DNA of 64,000 bases from Somniosus microcephalus (Eukaryota), in the NCBI GenBank assembly GCA_052327205.1, contig CM126222.1:74214001-74278000 (forward strand), read 5' to 3'. How positions within the stretch are numbered: the first letter of the stretch is position 1; each line of letters begins with the position of its first letter. Under the pieces are notes generated by a model. That model was not told the DNA's origin and ran no database searches. It saw nothing but the letters and a program-made list of their open reading frames with translations. Of this stretch, positions 1 through 13,667 are shown one piece after another. The translations under genes were made by a program, and so were the position numbers.

Positions 1-756
1 ATTTTGAGATTTTCTGTCTGGGGTAATTGTTGATAACTGTAGCTCTGGTAAGTGTGCTTGGGAGTTTGTAGAATATTACATTTAGGTGCTTTAGTTAGAA
101 GTAACAAGTAAATGTGAAAACCTAGTCAGAAATCCCCAGGATTGATGGTGTGTAGGAGTGAGACATTGCCTTAGGCTTCTTGAACACCACCACCTCCCTC
201 TTAATCTAATTCTCTAGCTCTTTTGCAATTTTTGTGTTCATTGATGGATTTAAGTGAAAGTCCCATGTGTTTAGAGAGTCCTCTAAATACACAATCTAAA
301 CACATGGTCAGCAAATGAGAAGATATTTTATCTTAAACTTGTGTAAAAATAAATTGAATGAATTTTAACAATTCCATAATAACAGTAGAAAAGCACTGTA
401 TTCAGAATCTAGATTTCTTGAAGTCGGGCGTCAATTTTTAAAATGTGAAACCAGAAGAAGCAATGGGGAGGAAATCTTCATATTGGACTGGGGTGCAGGG
501 GATCTTGTTGGCATTTTGATTTTGACCCGTGTAACATTGTCCCAATATGGCTGAAAAATTAACTACTGTATTAGATAAAAAGATAGATATTTCAGTAAGG
601 GTGATCCACTAATGCAGAACACTAACATTTGGAATTGAATTACTGTCAATTGTCCAAGAAGAATGGATATGTGGGGGTGTATTGCAAGGCTATTAAGGGG
701 GGGTTCAGATAGAATCCCTGAAATTCAGTGTCGTTTGTGGGTCCTTGAACCTTAAT

Positions 757-1100
757 ATCAAGCCCCAGGTGGGCAGAGGAAACGCTTCAAGGACACCCTC
801 AAAGCCTTCTTGAAAAAGTGCAACATCCCCACCGACACCTGGGAATCCCTGGCCCAAGACCGCACAAAGTGGAGGAGAAGCATCCGGGAAGGCGCCGAAC
901 ACCTTGAGTCTCTTCGCTGGGAGCAAGCGGAAGGAGCGCACGTCAACCCAAGCACCCCACCCACCCGCCCCTTCAACCACCGTCTGCCCCACCTGTGACA
1001 GAGACTGTAGGTCCCGCATTGGACTAATCAGCCACCTGTGAACTCATTTTTAATGTGGAAGCAAGTCATCCTCGGTTCCGAGGGACTGCCTAAGAAGAAG
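757..1100 (+). mobile_element. 5'-truncated RTE-type LINE 3' end
   Basis: GGQRKRFKDTLKAFLKKCNIPTDTWESLAQDRTKWR, C-terminal CPTCDRDCRSRIGLISHL zinc-finger-like motif, (aag)n tail. Confidence 0.75.
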
Positions 1101-2892
1101 ACATGAAATATATATTTTCACGGGTCATTTTTTTTTGACTGAAAACCCTGTGGATGCAAATGGTCTTTTATTATTTCAGGCAAAACTATGAACAATTTTG
1201 TTCAGGTATCCAGCATCCCTATAATACAATGATGCAGATTTTCTTTTCTTTGGCTTTTTTTATACAAATATTCAGCTTCAATTTAACAATTGTTCTTTCA
1301 CTGAGTATAATTTTCCCTCATCTGTAAAATAGATACTAAGTTTATTAAGGAGTGATAATATTTTTACACTGTAATCTTCCTTGGATTGTTTTTCCGATGA
1401 CAACTTAATCTTGCTGTACTAGGTTGGTTGCCAGTTGGGTCTAATCCATAAATTGGTGTAAAATTTGCATTTGCTACAGCATATTAAGCACTCTTTGTAA
1501 ACCCCACTTATTACAAAGTGGTTCAGTTTTAAATTTCAAATCGGGAATAGCGTGTTAATGAGTTGAACAGTGGCAATATTCAGCATCGTTGCTGTTTTCA
1601 TTTGTTATCTGAACACATAATAACAACATTTAAATTGAGTCCTAGAAATCAATGTTTCAAGATAGTTTTGTCATACCCGTAGATACAAAAATAGGCTTTA
1701 TACATTGACTATAATTAGTCTGGTAAAAATAGATTACAAAGTAAATTTGGGCAACCCAAGTGAAAGATTTGAAGATTTTTGTTTCTGTGCTATGTGTGCG
1801 TTGTGAATGGTGTTGTAGCTTGAGGGCAGGAGGAGATGCTGCAACTAATATAAAAAAAAGATTGTGGGTTAAATTCCGTGAGACTGGTACGTATTGGTCA
1901 TCTTTTTGCTGTGGAAATAACTCTCCCATCCTGGTTTTTAATGGATTCTCTTTAGGATGTCTTTGGAAGCCTTATTGTAGATTTTTTTTTGGAAAAATGT
2001 ATAAACTTGTCACTGTCTCTGAATTAGCACTGTCCTCACACAGCAATATTGGATTCCCTCTAGGAAATCTCGCTCTGTTTTGCTCAGTTCAGGCCCTGAC
2101 TTCAGTTTGACACTGCAGCTTTAGTGTCAGTGTAAAGCAAAACTGTTACAGTTGTCACAATCAGTATGTGAAATCCTGGTATACCTCAAAACCACCCCCT
2201 TAAAATTAGCTGCCACTCAAGTAACCATCAAGTGTGTGCCTTTCCAAAAGTTTTGAATCTATACAGTAAATGCTGGACAAAAATACTGGTGCTGGTTTGC
2301 AGGTTTTAAAAAAATTGCACTTCCATTGGATGCTATTACAGTTAAACACTTTTAGTTGGGTACGGGATTTGAGTTCCCTTTGTATTTTATCTTTCCCTTC
2401 CTTCCCACCCTTTTAAAACATGTAACTGATTAAATGGACCACTTGTGCTCTGTGGGAGTTCATTGTCCAGTTGTATTGTCATTTATTGGTCAGTTCCCAC
2501 TGTCTAATGTTAAACATATTGGTGATTTAAAGAATGTTGCCATCCTGAACTATTCAACTGATTTATAACTGAACTTTCATATATTGCTGGTTCTGAAAAT
2601 GGATACATAAAAAAACACTAATTTGGGAGACCTCCTCCTCAAGGTGTAGCTTTATTTACCCAAACAGGTATGACTAAATACCGGTTAGTGCCATTAAATA
2701 ATCTGTAAAATGACTAGGAGTTGCTGTGAGGCTCTTGAGATGTTGAATGTAAGCTTTAGTGTGTTTAAATGGGAGGTTGATGCTAAACTTGAAATTGTAC
2801 TTAACCTGTAAAACAAAAATTCCCTTTCTTGATTATGGCACCTCCTTTTGTAAAATTGTATTGACATAATTAGTCTTGCCACTTAAGGGTTG

Positions 2893-3413
2893 AGTTCTGG
2901 TCTCCTTACCTGAGGAAAGACATACTTGCCTTGGAGGGAGTGCAGCGAAGGTTCACTAGCCTGGTTCCTTTGATGAGGGGATTGCCCTATGAGGAGAGGT
3001 TGAGTAGTCTAGGCCTATATTCCTTAGAGTTTAGAAGAATGAGAGGTGATCTAATTGAAACACAAAATTCTTAAAGGGGCTTGACGGGGTTAATGCTGGG
3101 AAAATGTTTCCCCTGGCTGGGGAATCTAGAACACGGGGGGTCACAGTCACAGAATAAGGGATAGGCCATTTAGGACTGAGATTAGAAATTTCTTCACTCA
3201 AAGGGTTGTGAATCTTTGGAATTCTCTACCCCAGAGAGCTGTGGATGCTCACTTGTTGAGTATATTCAAGACAGAGGTAGATAAATTTTGGGGAAGTAAG
3301 GGATATGGGGATAGTGCGGGAAGGTGGAGTTGAGGTAGAAGATCAGCCATGATCTTGCTGAATGGTGGAGCTGGGCCAAATGGCCTACTCCGCTCATATT
3401 TCTTATGTTCTTA
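2893..3413 (+). mobile_element. CR1 LINE 3' fragment
   Basis: Similar to 32935-33476 (WSPYLRKDILALEGVQRRFT... plus 3' UTR ending ttcttatgttctt). Confidence 0.9.
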
Positions 3414-3538
3414 TTTACGAGGGTGTGGTAATTTAATTGAGTGTAATTCGTTTAAGACAAATTCACTTCTAATTTGTGCAGCAACTTTGTTTGGAGCACT
3501 ACTTTGTGTGGGGAATGGTGGGTTCATATATAAGCTGC

Positions 3539-3795
3539 TGTGGCGGAGACCACATAGGGACAGTAACACAATTCACTATGTATAGCCAACGTTGTTATCG
3601 CTCCACGCTATGTATGGAACTTGGTTGGGTTATCGGGGCAGGGTCCCTTTAAGAGTCGTCGATTGTGTGATGATGTCATAGCCCTGCGACGAGGCCGAGT
3701 CCCTCAGTCCATGCGGAGAGTTAATAAAGCTAACACGCGTTTTTCTTTGCTGCTACGAAAGTCTCGCAGTCTGTTGATTTCCAGCAACTCCTACA
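3539..3795 (+). mobile_element. Solo LTR (257 bp)
   Basis: TGTGG...CTACA termini, 4-bp TSD CTGC (3535-3538, 3796-3799), AATAAA at 3723, CpG-rich relative to flanks. Confidence 0.7.
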
Positions 3796-6045
3796 CTGCA
3801 ATCTTTTGGGTGGGGTTGATTTTTTTTGTTAATTTAAACTATGGTATCTCTTGAATATTGAACATAAATACATTTAAATCCCCCCCTCACACTTCCACTG
3901 GCTCACCCAGTTTACCAGCGAGCAGTTGGGTTGTACAGATCAGGCTCATCACTGGTTCAATTCCTTGTTTTGTTGAGTTAACTGGTCTCTTCCTGAGTGT
4001 GGGTACTATCTACAATCTCTGCTATATGCATAGATGTATGTATGGTGAGTAGGGTTTAGCTTGGCTGTGATATGTACCTTGCTGACAGTCTGTTCAAGCT
4101 GATGCATGAAGAATGGCTACTTGAATAAGTTACTGGAGTGCAAACCGCACCTGTGGAAATGTATCCCTGCAGTGAGAGGACACTTGAGATTCTGGTACCC
4201 CAGTTACATTGTAGAACTGCATACACTGTGTTTGTGTAGTTCCCTTCCTGCTGGAGATCTCCAGTTTATACTGGAGGACAATACTGGATACTTCCTCCTT
4301 GCTCTACTTCCAGCTGCAAATTCGAACAAAATTGTCTGGGGAAAAATAGGTTTGATGTTCAAGGGATACCTTGGTTTTAAATTTTAACACAAATATTTAA
4401 GGATCAATCCCTCCCAAAAGACATACAAGTATTAAATATGTGCAATTAAAAGAAAGACTAGCACCTTTCACTATCTCCAGATGTATCACAGCGCTTTACA
4501 GCCAATGAAGTACTTTTGAAGTTCAGTCACTGTTGTAATGTAGTACAAAGTTGCTGAAATTAATTGCCCAAATTTTGTGTCACAGTACGCTGCTGACTTA
4601 TATTTTGTTCAGGAAGCCCACACAGCTTCCCAAGGGGGGATTTTTGATGCCTTGGACGCTAATAGCATAAGACATTGCCTTGTTTACAGGGATGCCTCCA
4701 GTGCTTTTGCCATCAAGGCAGTTCTGTGAAATAAATGGAGTACAATGTGGATTTTGGATCCTTGTCAAGTCTTGAGGCTGTACCTACATGAGTGCCTGTA
4801 AATGGAAAATGGTATTTCAGTGGCATTTATACTGGTTCTGTTTTAATTCTGATTCTTGGAGTTGGGTACCTTAAGCCAGCATTCGCCATTTACGCTGCTA
4901 AATCCTACTCCTTAACCTGGCACAAACTTGGTAAATTGGCTGTAAAACGCTTTGGGACGTCCTGAAGGGTGTTAAAGTTGCCAAGGGGTGCGAAAGTGGA
5001 CACGTGTAATGTTTTTGACTCGCTGGTCAGGGCTGCTCATGTAAATATGTAAATGAGGCTAATAATATGCACCACCAGTGGATGTAGAAAGCTCCGGTGC
5101 ATTCAGATTATAGGGAACATGGTTGCTTTTAACCTAGAAAAGTTTGTCATTAGATTGGATGTTGATGAATAGTGAGGAAAATGGGGAATGAACAATAGTT
5201 ACTTGGTGTGCAGCCAGGTACAATGGAAGAAATGTTAATGTAAATCTTGCTGAGTAATTGCTAGGTGTTGTGGGTTAGAGCAGTCACTTTACATCTGGAT
5301 TTGAGTGGCACACAATTGCTCATCAAGAGAGGTTCTGAACCTTTCAAGTCATGTGGAATGGTAAAATAGGAGTTGCTCTTCGAGTGGACCTATTGGGAGT
5401 AATAGAGAAAGGTATAACCTACATCTGTCCTGGAGTCTGCCAGTCACATCCCGTCCTTAACTCCTTTTGCTCTGTTCATGCAGAACTTCATTGACTCCGC
5501 CCCCCTCCCACTGGCACATTTATTTCAAAATCCTTGTTTTTGGTTTCACCCAGGCTTTGCTCCATCTGACTTCTGTAGTTTCCTCTGGTCCTGCAGCCCA
5601 GCATATGTTCTCTGCTTTTTTGGCTTTGATGTAGAGTTTCCTTCCCCCCTCTCTCTTCATTATTGGGGGCAGAACCTTCACCAACACTCTGAATTCATCA
5701 TCTATTCCCTCTCTACTTTGGTTACCCTCTGTCCTCACCTTCAAAACAAAAGCTTCCTCAAAACCTACCGCTTCAATTCATTTTGGGTCATTGCCCGTAA
5801 TTCCCTGCCACATCTCCCATCTCCTGTAAAGTGCCTTGGGATAATATAATCGTAGAGGCAAAAAGTATTCCATTCCCTCAGGATTACTGTTCATTTTGCA
5901 ACTTACCATATCTGCACAAAATTGAACCGACCTCTTTCCCTGCCCCCACTTGCTGCGAATAGTCTTACCAAAAATAAATTAATTTTAGCCTGTATTGAGA
6001 GAATAAATGTTTTAAGAGGGAGGAGGTCCACAAACTTTTTGTTGA

Positions 6046-6290
6046 TAGAATCATAGAATGATGCACCAAAGGAGGATACTATTCGACCCATCATGCCTGT
6101 GCCAGCTCTTTGGCTTTTTAAATGAAAGCCCTGTAAATTTTTTCCCTCACGTATTTATCCAATTCCTTTTGAAAGTAGCTATAGAATTTGTTTCCATCAC
6201 CCTTTCACGTGTTGCCTCTGGTTCTTTTGCCAATCAACTTAACTCTGTGTCCTCTGGTTACTGATCCTTCTACCACTGGAAACAATACTC
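6046..6290 (-). mobile_element. CR1-type 3' tail fragment
   Basis: atagaatcatagaat... end shared with 44697-44905 and, on the other strand, 26480-26720. Confidence 0.65.
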
Positions 6291-6509
6291 TCCTTAAAAT
6301 GCAGCGTTTTTTGTTTTCTTGGTCAAGGATGCAGGCAGTCAACTCTAGGGATCAGCCAAGGACCATTATCGATGTTGGTGCTTGTTTAATTTTTCCAACT
6401 TTTGACACTGGGATAAGGCATCATGATTTAGCAGGGTGGGCACAGGTTGCTGACTCATAGACCACCCGTCTGCTAGAATCTGAACTAAATCAGTGCTAGT
6501 GTAAGTAGT

Positions 6510-6612
6510 AAATAAAAACACAAAATGCTGGAAATACTTGGCAGGTCAGGCAGCATCTGTGGAGAGAGAAACCGAGTTAACGTTTCAGGACGATGACCCT
6601 TTGTCGGAACTG
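6510..6612 (-). mobile_element. Penelope-like terminal repeat fragment with degenerate hammerhead motif
   Basis: Minus strand AGTT-CCGACAA-AGGGTCATCGTCCT-GAAACGTT-AACT; same terminal sequence as the 13212 and 28385 copies. Confidence 0.75.
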
Positions 6613-9399
6613 TAAGGAGTGTCTGAAGTGACTTGTCCAGGTTCTTAATTCTGGAGTGGAGAAAGCATTTGTTGTCTCCTTATGACCCAACTGATCACAG
6701 TATCCAGCAGTTTAGATTGTGTATGTAAATCCTAATATCTTGGTGACCATGCTGCACCTGGACCATCTCATTAATGACCATTAACTTGAAGAAATATTTT
6801 GCATCAAGTTTCAAAAAGTGTTCCATTTCCCACCAAAGACATTCATTGTTGAGAATGTTCGTTTTTCATTAAATTAACTTCTTTCATGACCGTAGGGAAT
6901 GCAAAATATATACTCCTTGGAAAAACGACTTCTAGTTTCCGACATAGAGCAAAGGCGGGTAAAATAGTTCAGGTATAGATCAGCCATGATCTAATTGAAT
7001 GGAGGAACAGGTTTGAGCGGCTGAATGGCCTGATGAATAAAACAATGCAAATTTCAAAGTATTCCACAAAAATTGCTCCTAAATGCTACCCAGGATATAG
7101 CTTGAATTGACTTCTTTGAAGGCACTTGGCAATTCACAATTTTCATTTAACTAGCATGCAAATACTTTGTTTCACTTGGCTTCAATCGTGTCAAAGTTAT
7201 GATCTGTGTGACTTTGTAACCTCCAGTTGTTCACTGTGTTGTGGAGGGCTTGATTTTTCAATTTGCCTTGCAGGTGACACTAAATATCTAGTGAAGTACA
7301 CTAAGTCTCTACAGTAGAATTTGACAAACTGAACTATAGTCACTATTGAGTTGTATTGTTTTGTGAAGTTTTGATTCACTGCCTGTTTTAGAGTGATCTT
7401 TAGCTACTTGGATCTAATTAGGGTGACAGTGGAAAGTAGTATACACAAGTGTGCATGTACAGTTACACATCAGAAAAGTGAGATTTCAATGAGAAATGTG
7501 GGGAGCTGGTCTACTTGAAAATAACTGGCATCTGGATCACTGCAGTAAACTTGAGCAGCAGACTGTGTTTTCAGGAGCTTGTGCCATGGATTATAATTCA
7601 GTTCGTTTTCTGTGCTGAGTGACATGATTTTTAAACTCGGCGACCCTGGAAAAATGACTTGTAAAGTTTCTAATCATCCACTAGTGAATTCGAGAGGTAA
7701 AGGTAGCGTTTCACTTGTTTGGGGTTGATTTTTTTTCCGTTACTAACTGCTCCAGGACTGGTGGCAGAATTGAGTAGGGTCCTGTTCTGTACTTTATGGT
7801 GAGAGTTGCTTCCTGGCTTGAGTCTCCTGTGCTGCTGGAGAGGTGAAGATTTTTCTCCTAATTGGTGAGAATTAACTTCCTTCCTTCTGCCGCACGCCAT
7901 GAAAAAAACGATTCAAATACTTTGACACAATGGGAGAAAATGGATAAGCTTGTGTATTAAGGTTGCAATTCAATTTTCCTTTTGATTGAAGCATGTAGTT
8001 TCTGTCAGTTTTATTTGCTTGTATTGGAAGTTCATGCTGAAGTATTGATGTACAGCGCCACACAATATATTTTTGCGAATGGTGAAATGTTCTCTGAAAA
8101 AGGCATTGATTCCCAATCTACGGGACGATGTGGATTTGTTTACAAATTCTTCATGTTCAATGTGGCTGTGTCAGTGGGAATTTGAATTGCTGGAATGCTT
8201 CCACCACAATTGTAAACTGCTCAAATTTAAGCTCGATCAGTATGTGAAAAGGCATGCGTAGTGCAGGATTGTAGGAGTCTGTGGGAAAGTTGCTAATTTG
8301 GGCTGCAGGTACAGTGACAGTGGTAGGGTTATTTCCAGTAATACTCTCCTTTACTACCCTTGAAAATTAAGAATATTCTATGCTATTCATATTTTGATGG
8401 AAAATTGTGAATATTAATTCCTGAATAGACATCAATGATTAAAATCAGCTCTTGAAACATTAGTATAGCTTACTATGCACACAAGTATACTGCAAACTAA
8501 AAATAAATTTTTCCTCAGAGCAAAAATGTGCATAATTAAAATAAATCTGACCACTGCTTACTATGTCAGTTCAGTACAGTGAATCTTTTCTTTAATACCC
8601 AGTCCAGCTGTAAACTTGGGCTAGTAGGACTTAATGTAGCTAATCTAGTCCGACTATATCTGCTGTCCAAATTAGTAAGCTTCTCTACAACTTCTCTCTG
8701 CCTGCCCCCGCCAACCCCCAATTTTGCTGCGGTCCTTTCTGAAGGCATTGATTCCTGGGGTGCCAGCAGTTCTCTGGTATCTTGTCTCGGGTGACCATGT
8801 TTCATGTGAACATTGGTCGGCTGTTTAACTGTAGAGGGCATCATACCTGAGCCTACTTTTTCTTATCACCTGACTTCCATTAAGTGCATCCTTCCCAGAA
8901 GGGTTACTAATTGCCCTTTTTCTTTATTTCTCTTTCTCCTCTTCCCCAGTTTTAATGCCCACACCAAGATCAGCTAATTTGGTTTAGATTACATCTCTGG
9001 GCTAGGCACCAAACCAGCTGGCCCTTTACTGACTGAGGCACCAAGGCCAAGCCCTGGATGTGGATTGCTGTTTATTAACATATTGGAAGAGATGTTATTC
9101 CAACTCCATATTTGAATCTCCCCATGCAGCTTCAGTCAGCATTATAGATCTGTTATTAGCTTTTCTTTTTTTCTCTACCCCCACCAGTACTTTTAAGTAG
9201 CTATTCTTCATGTGCGAGCCTAGATGTTAACGTCGTGGGGTGGATCAAAGCTGAGCCCAATCCTATTCTCACCTGATGATCATTGGTTAGTGATCAGAAG
9301 CTGGAAAACTTGTAGAGGCTCTTGAACTCTGTATATCACCACCCGCTGTTGCATGCAAAAATAAGAACATCTGATCAGCTGATTTTGTGCATCTTTTAA

Positions 9400-10250
9400 C
9401 AACTTGTTGAATTTATATAGGAAAAGTCCCAAAGTGCTCACAGAGCTGCAATAATGACGCCGAGCTAAAGGAGGAGATATCAGGAGGGATGATTAAAAGC
9501 TTGGTCAGCGAGGTGGAGTTTAGGGAGGGAATTGCAGAGCAGGAGGGCTAGGCGACTGAAGGTATGGTCTCCAACGGTGGTGTGAAGAGAGGGGGGTGGG
9601 GGCATGTGCAAAATGCCAGTGAGAGGAACGGAGAGTTCAGGGAGAGGTTGTATGGCAGAAGGAAATTAGAGATAGAGGTGTCATGAAGGGATTTAAATAT
9701 AATTTTAAATTGGAGGTGTTGGGGGACCATGTTAGCAAGGACGGATGATGGACGAGTGCGGGATAGGTAACATGCAGTAGAGTTTTGGAAGAGTTGAAGT
9801 TTATGGAGTGTGGAAGATGGGAGGTCGGAGAGAACATTGAAATCATTGAGCCTGGAGGTGACAAAGGGATGGATGAGGGTTTCCATGGTAGATGAATTGA
9901 GGTGACATAATTGACGTGGAAGTAGGCAGTCTTTGTGATGAATGGGATTGGAAACTCCGCTCTGTTTAACAGGACGTCCAGATTGTGAGCAGTCTGCTTC
10001 AGCCTGAGGCGGTAGCTAGGGAGGAGGATGGAATCAGTGGTAAGTATAAAGTTTGTGGTGGGAGCTGAAGATAATGTCAGTAGAGGCAGTGGAGTTGTCG
10101 AGAGATGGTGTAGAACTGGGTGTTGTAAGCGTACAGGTGGAAGCAGCCCCCATGGCTGTAGATGAAGTCGTCTAGGAGCAGCATGTAGTGGAGAGGGGCC
10201 ACGGATAGGTACTTGCGGGAGGTAACGGTGTGGGGGCAGGAAGAAAAGAT
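9400..10250 (-). mobile_element. L2-clade LINE 3' portion (degraded)
   Basis: ETLIHPFVTSRL...LPSSTLHKLQLFQNS motif typical of L2 ORF2 C-terminus; related fragments near 5440-5850(+), 12590-13130(-), 14050-14350(-), 15560-16125(+). Confidence 0.75.
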
Positions 10251-11504
10251 TAAATTAATTGTCGGTGGTAGTGAACAAAATTATCTAGTCCAAGGCCACA
10301 CTGATATTGTCATGGCTTCCTGCACTGTACAAACACAGGCCATTGTATTCGTAGCAAATTCCAGTCCTTAGCTGGTGAAACTTGACCAGCTGCATGAATT
10401 TCATAGTTTCTCTCTGTTCCTATACCAAGCCATCTAGATAATGGGGGTTTTAAGCCAGTCTGATCAAGTAGGTAGTAAATGTTTTGCAATTTATCATTTG
10501 ATTCCCATTGTTCTATCTAAACCAGGAGTAGCCTCTTGTATTAGATATACTCTCACACTTCCACCTAAGGAAATGGATAAGTCAGCCATGTGTACCTTTA
10601 GTACCTTTGGCAGGCACACTCCAGTAAAGATGGCTCATTATGAAAATGAATGTAATTTGTTTACTCCTTACATCCAACAAAAGTATATATGCTGTAAATA
10701 AAATAGTTTATTTGCACTAAAGGATGTCATTAATAAAGGATACATAGATTGTTACTGTGTCCCCATAAAGTACGAATTACACTCTTGCACAAAAACGTTT
10801 GCAATTTTACAGTTGCTTCTTTTGCTCGGTAACCCCAGAATTATTCTGCATGAAACATTACTTCATTATAACTTTTGCATTTGATTATCCTATAACCTAA
10901 TCTTATTCCCAAGATTTATTTTTCATTTGGAACAATATAAATAAATTGAATTGCAAATTGACATGTTGTGGGTCTGACTTTTGGGTCATTAAAATAGCAC
11001 AGAAACAGGCTTCCACACCAGGTTAATGAGTGTCCTCCACTCTTCTTCATCTAACCTGATCTGTTTTTGTCCTTTGTGGGGATTCAGGGTGAAGAAGTCT
11101 CATGCCTTGGGCAGTGCTGCGTCCAAGAGTAGTGCATGTTGGTGGTTATTGCACTAACGGTGCAACTGAGCTTTGTTTTTGCTGAGTCATCAGCTTAGTT
11201 CATGGGTCTAGATGCCTCACTAACCAGTATCAGAAGTGAACCACGAATGAAGTGCATCAGGCCATCTCTGTCTTCACCACAGAACATCATGCCCAATTAA
11301 GCTTTAAATGCTTGGTAACAACTTCAAATTTTGTGGCATTAGTGCACTCCCTCCACACAGTCACACAATTTGAAGTACACTGAATTGCATCACTCATTGG
11401 TGGGAAGCTGCCCTGTCTTATGGGTCAGTCCAGAAAGTTACCCAACTGGTTCAAAGAAAACTCTGGGACAGCTAGCACCAAGTAAAGTAGCTTTGTATCT
11501 GGCT

Positions 11505-11507
<3 letters not shown>

Positions 11508-11537
<30 letters not shown>
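11508..11537. repeat. (AT)n microsatellite
   Basis: About 15 dinucleotide units visible. Confidence 0.95.
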
Positions 11538-11540
<3 letters not shown>

Positions 11541-13211
11541 GGCTTTGCATTTTGCAGTGCTTTCTGGGGCAAGGGCGGATAATATGTTAAACTTGAGAAT
11601 ATTTTGGAACTTTTTATTATCTGCCTCAGATACAACTGGAAGCAAGTGTAATCAAGCTATTAAAATCATGAATTTAAATTTTGTGCTGCGTACACAGCTT
11701 TGAATTTGTTAGCATGTATTACCCAAAATTAGTTACAGTCCCGCATTGCTAAATCTGTTTTACAGTTTTGTCTGAGTCAAACTACAGTTCTAACATTGCC
11801 AGTTCTGCAGGGTTTCTTGACCTATCCATGCTTGCTTTGTCTGTATCCGTTTGCTTTTATTGTGTTGTAAATAACAACTTTGTCCAAAATACTTGATGGG
11901 TCCTTTCTATGATATAGATCTGATTATTCAGCATAGCAGGAAACAGCAAGAACTATAATGTTCAGTCTTAACTCAGCAGTGGTACAAATTGTTTTGCTGT
12001 TAAGCCATTCAGCCTACCAATAAATGGCTATCCAACAGCATGGGTTGAGAAGGAAATTGAGGAGGAACAGAAAGTGTATTGTGAGACAACAATGGATTTG
12101 CAGCTGACACGTGTCATAGAATTAGCTAGCACAAGGCACTCTGACTAGTAAGTGATTAGGTGGCGATGAACTGCAGATCGACACACTTTAATGCAGTGTT
12201 TTGTCACAGCACACTTACAATTCTACATAATGCAATTTTAAAAAGTGAAACACTTTCACTTCCTTGCCATGGCTAACTGATTTGGGGTGTTTAACCAGAA
12301 TTAATTTACTTTTTGAGTGTAAGAATCTGTATCCATCTTCTGCATCAGTCTTGTTCAGGCATTTTAACTGAACCAGAGTTTTGGGTGAACAAGCCAGACT
12401 GAACTCCATGCATCACTATCTATTTTACATACTATCCCGATCCTTTGCTGATTTGGAACGTGAAGACCTGGTCTTCTGTACACTTGCACAAGCTTTGTCC
12501 TCTTATCCGAAACCTTCAGAAAAATTACATGGTTGCAGGATACTATGGAAGATTTTTCAATTAAAAGATATGAATCAATAGCAGCAATTTGCATTTACAT
12601 AGCATCTTTTTAATGTAGAAAATGTTCCAAAGTGCTTTACACAGGGTGAAGAAAAAATAGATGCACGAGACAGTGAGCTAGTGTAGTTAGGAGAGATTAT
12701 CGAAGCCTGTTGGAAAAGATGGGTTTTTAAAGGTGGGTGCTGATTTAGACTGGGCGTTCCACATAATGGGGGTTGGGATGGATTAAAGCTCGATCACCAA
12801 TGGTGGGATCAAAAAATAAAGTATAAAAAGCTAGAGTCGGGGGACCAAAGGGTGTGGGAGAGCATATAAAAATGGAGTAGATTGCAGGGGTTTTGGGAAG
12901 GGTGGTGGGAGCTGAGGCCATGGGGATATTTGAAGATGGAAATTTTAATTTTAATTGAGACAAGATCAATGCAGGTCAGTGAGGTTTGGAACAACGTGCT
13001 GGGCCAATGTTTTGAAGTTAATGGAGGGTGGGAGGTTGGCAAGAAGGACAAATGGGGGAATCCAGTCTCGGTGTCTGGAGCGGATAAGGGTTTTGGCATA
13101 GTGAAGGATGTGCTAAAGAAGGAATAAACAAACTTCCATTTATGTAGTAGTGCTTTTCATGTCCTTAGGATGCGCTGAAGCAGTTTACAGCCAATTAATT
13201 ACTTTTGAAAT

Positions 13212-13667
13212 AACAACAGAAAATGCTGGAAAAACTCAGCAGGCCAGGCAACATCCGTGGAGAGAAATTAGAGTCGACGTTTCGGGTCTAACCCTTTTTC
13301 AAAACTGGAAAGGAAATGAAATAGATCGAAAGGCAGGGCTGGGAGGGAACAAAAGAAGTGAAGAGACATTAAGAGGTATTCAAAACGAGATGAGATGGTG
13401 ATAGGACTAGTGGAGACAAAAGACGGTTCTAGATTAGGCGTGAAATGCGCTGGCAGAATGGGAGACAGTTGCCATGTGGGAGAGAGGGGGGAAAAAAAAG
13501 GGGTGGGGGGAGAAGAGGGAAAAACCAAAACAAAGGGGTGGATAAAAAATATAAGTAAAAATGTAATAGGGGCCGAGGTTATGATCTGAAATTGTTGAAC
13601 TCGATATTGAGTTTTTCCAGCATTTTCTGTTTCGGATTTCCAGCATCTGCAGTATTTTGCTATCATA
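13212..13667 (-). mobile_element. 5'-truncated Penelope-like element with inverted terminal segment and 16-bp TSD
   Basis: TSD TAATTACTTTTGAAAT at 13196-13211 and 13668-13683; minus strand encodes LNIEFNNFRS* then UTR and hammerhead motif; 13613-13667 is the element end in inverted orientation. Confidence 0.85.
13272..13306 (-). ncRNA. Candidate minimal type I hammerhead ribozyme
   Basis: AGUU-UUGAAAA-A-GGGU(UAG)ACCC-GAAA-CGU-C-GACU; stems I and II pair, palindromic ACGU stem III, GUC triplet; core deviates from CUGANGA. Confidence 0.55.

Noticed and set aside
1206-1213. U12-type 5' splice site (GTATCC)
   Set aside because: Reads GTATCCAG, not GTATCCTT, and no matching U12 branch site was identified
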